Position numbers and translations under genes: made by a program. Shown in pieces: positions 62,475-64,000 of a stretch of DNA of 64,000 bases (position 1 is the first letter of the stretch; each line of letters begins with the position of its first letter). The notes below the pieces were generated by a model, which saw only the letters and a program-made list of their open reading frames with translations, was not told where the DNA came from and made no database searches. Source of the DNA: Chloropicon primus (taxonomy: Eukaryota); assembly GCA_023205875.1 (NCBI GenBank), contig CP060759.1, positions 248,001-312,000 of the forward strand, given 5' to 3'.

Positions 62475-64000
62475 TTAAATCTTTTCCGTGAAGAGAGCTT
62501 CTTGCCTGTTGGTAAGCCCGACATCCTCCAAAGTATTCGTTTCTGTGGCTACAACGACCTTTCTGGGGAACTGCGTGGACAGTTTGTAGGCCCCGGGCTC
62601 CATGCCGATGTCCTCCTTCTCCGTGAGAATGGTGTAGTCCACGAAATGAAACAGGAGCTTCGCCGGGCTCTGCTTCAAAAATTTCCTGCTCAGTCTACTG
62701 CCATCCGGAAGCCTTATCATCACACTCACTATGTCCTCAGCAGGCTCGGTCGGCTCCGTCCCGAGCTCAGCCTCGAGTCTCGTCTTCATCTCCTCCTTTC
62801 TGTCCTGCTCCTGCTTCTTCCTGTCACTCTCTTCCTGCAACTTCCTCCTCTTCTCCGTTTCCACCCTTTGCTTGGCCGCTTCTTTCTCCTGGTCGGCTCT
62901 CAGGGAGGCGTGGAATGCCCTGTCCTGCTCCATTCTGATCTGCCTCTGCGCTCTCATCTCGGGGTTCATGGTGCTGCTGCTGATGGTGTCCCTATACGTC
63001 GCTGCCTGAGGCACTGGCCCCTGGTAAGGAATGCCGAACATGGCAGCCTCCAGCATTTTGGCCTCCTCGGCGTTGACGCCGTCCGGAAGCACAATGTCCT
63101 CCACCGCCGCGCTCGAGGGCTCGTTCTGGGCGTCCTGCGCATCCACCATCGTGGAGTCCACCATGTTCTTGTCCTGGGACGCAATCTCTTGGGAGGAGTA
63201 GCTGTTGGACCTCTGGAGGTTGTGGGACACGTGGGGAGAGTCGTGCACAACCCCAAAGTGGTTGTCGGCTTCCATCCTCCCCGCACCCTCCTCCACGGTG
63301 GTGTACTGGCCGAGGTTCGTCGCGGTCCCGGCGTTCGCACGGGTCGGCATCATCGGAAACTGCCCCGCAGTCCTGTCTCTGTTGAGCCTGCTGGTGGAGG
63401 GTGCTCCGTGCACCATGCTGCTTGACGGCCCCGTGTGCTCCTCGCCCACCTGGTCGATTCCGGCAAAGCCGGCGGCACCCGCGCCGCTGTTCACGGTTTG
63501 CAAGCTGCAAGGAGAGCGGCGAGGGAGCGGTCAGAAAAAAGAAAGGGGGGAGCATATTGTATCGGTTGTTGTTGTTGTTGAGAACCACACGGCCCTCCAA
63601 AAAAAAGCGAAAGAAACGAGTTGGCCTCACCTCTCCTCCAGCGCCTGCTTGAGCATCTGCTCTTCAATGTAGTTCCTGTCCCCATCGTTCCCGTCGTTGG
63701 CGTCGTCGTCGTCATCCAGGTTGATGACCTCCCTCTCGTTCCTGCTCGACCTGCTCTGCAGGGGGTGCGTCTGCAAGGACGAGGGAGGGGCAGGCGCCGC
63801 GGGCGCCGCGTCCGCCACCCTCCTCTGCAGGGAGACCTCCTCCATCGGATCGTCGGCCAGGTCGATCACATGACCGCCGTGCAAACCCGCCGCCACGCTC
63901 GACTGCTGCTGCTGCCTCTGCGCCTGGCCCGCCGTGTTCGAGGTCGTCTGCTGGTGCTGGTGCTGGCTCAGCTCGAGGTGAGTGTTCAGGGCCTTCTGCA
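62475..64000 (-). CDS. UBX-domain protein with UIM-like motifs (plant PUX-like), 5' part outside the window
   Basis: IEEQMLKQALEE, EEAKMLEAAMFG, IRMEQDRAFHASLRADQEKE, IRLPDGSRLSRKF, QFPRK; intron ~63504-63629. Confidence 0.88.

Overview
Gene-dense eukaryotic nuclear DNA with short GT-AG introns. The 18S sequence and gene content point to a compact green alga (a Chloropicon-like prasinophyte is my unverified inference). Two almost identical complete rDNA units (18S-ITS1-5.8S-ITS2-28S plus a linked same-strand 5S gene) lie 31,460 bp apart. They are not tandemly arrayed: about 11 protein genes lie between them, and genes come within ~150-170 bp of their shared 3' ends. A 16-bp motif (ATTTACGTG[A/G]GGGTCT) recurs around each 5S gene and marks the point where identity between the copies ends. 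About 22 protein genes are visible: RUS1/DUF647, double-AP2 TF, dynein roadblock LC7, ATG9, ZMYND12/p38-like, STPR-like repeat protein, MINDY3, ATAT1, DOT1-like methyltransferase, NUDT14-like Nudix, a CNBD channel, inositol transporter, WD40, Mpv17, an ET-like GIY-YIG nuclease, a TTBK-like kinase, a pseudokinase-DUF2009 fusion, glutathione synthetase, beta-ureidopropionase, a flavoprotein-CS fusion, a UBX protein and two orphans. Also present are an AT-rich 79-bp tandem array and two hairpin-rich intergenic regions that may encode structured RNAs. All family calls are from motif recognition by eye; no searches were run.
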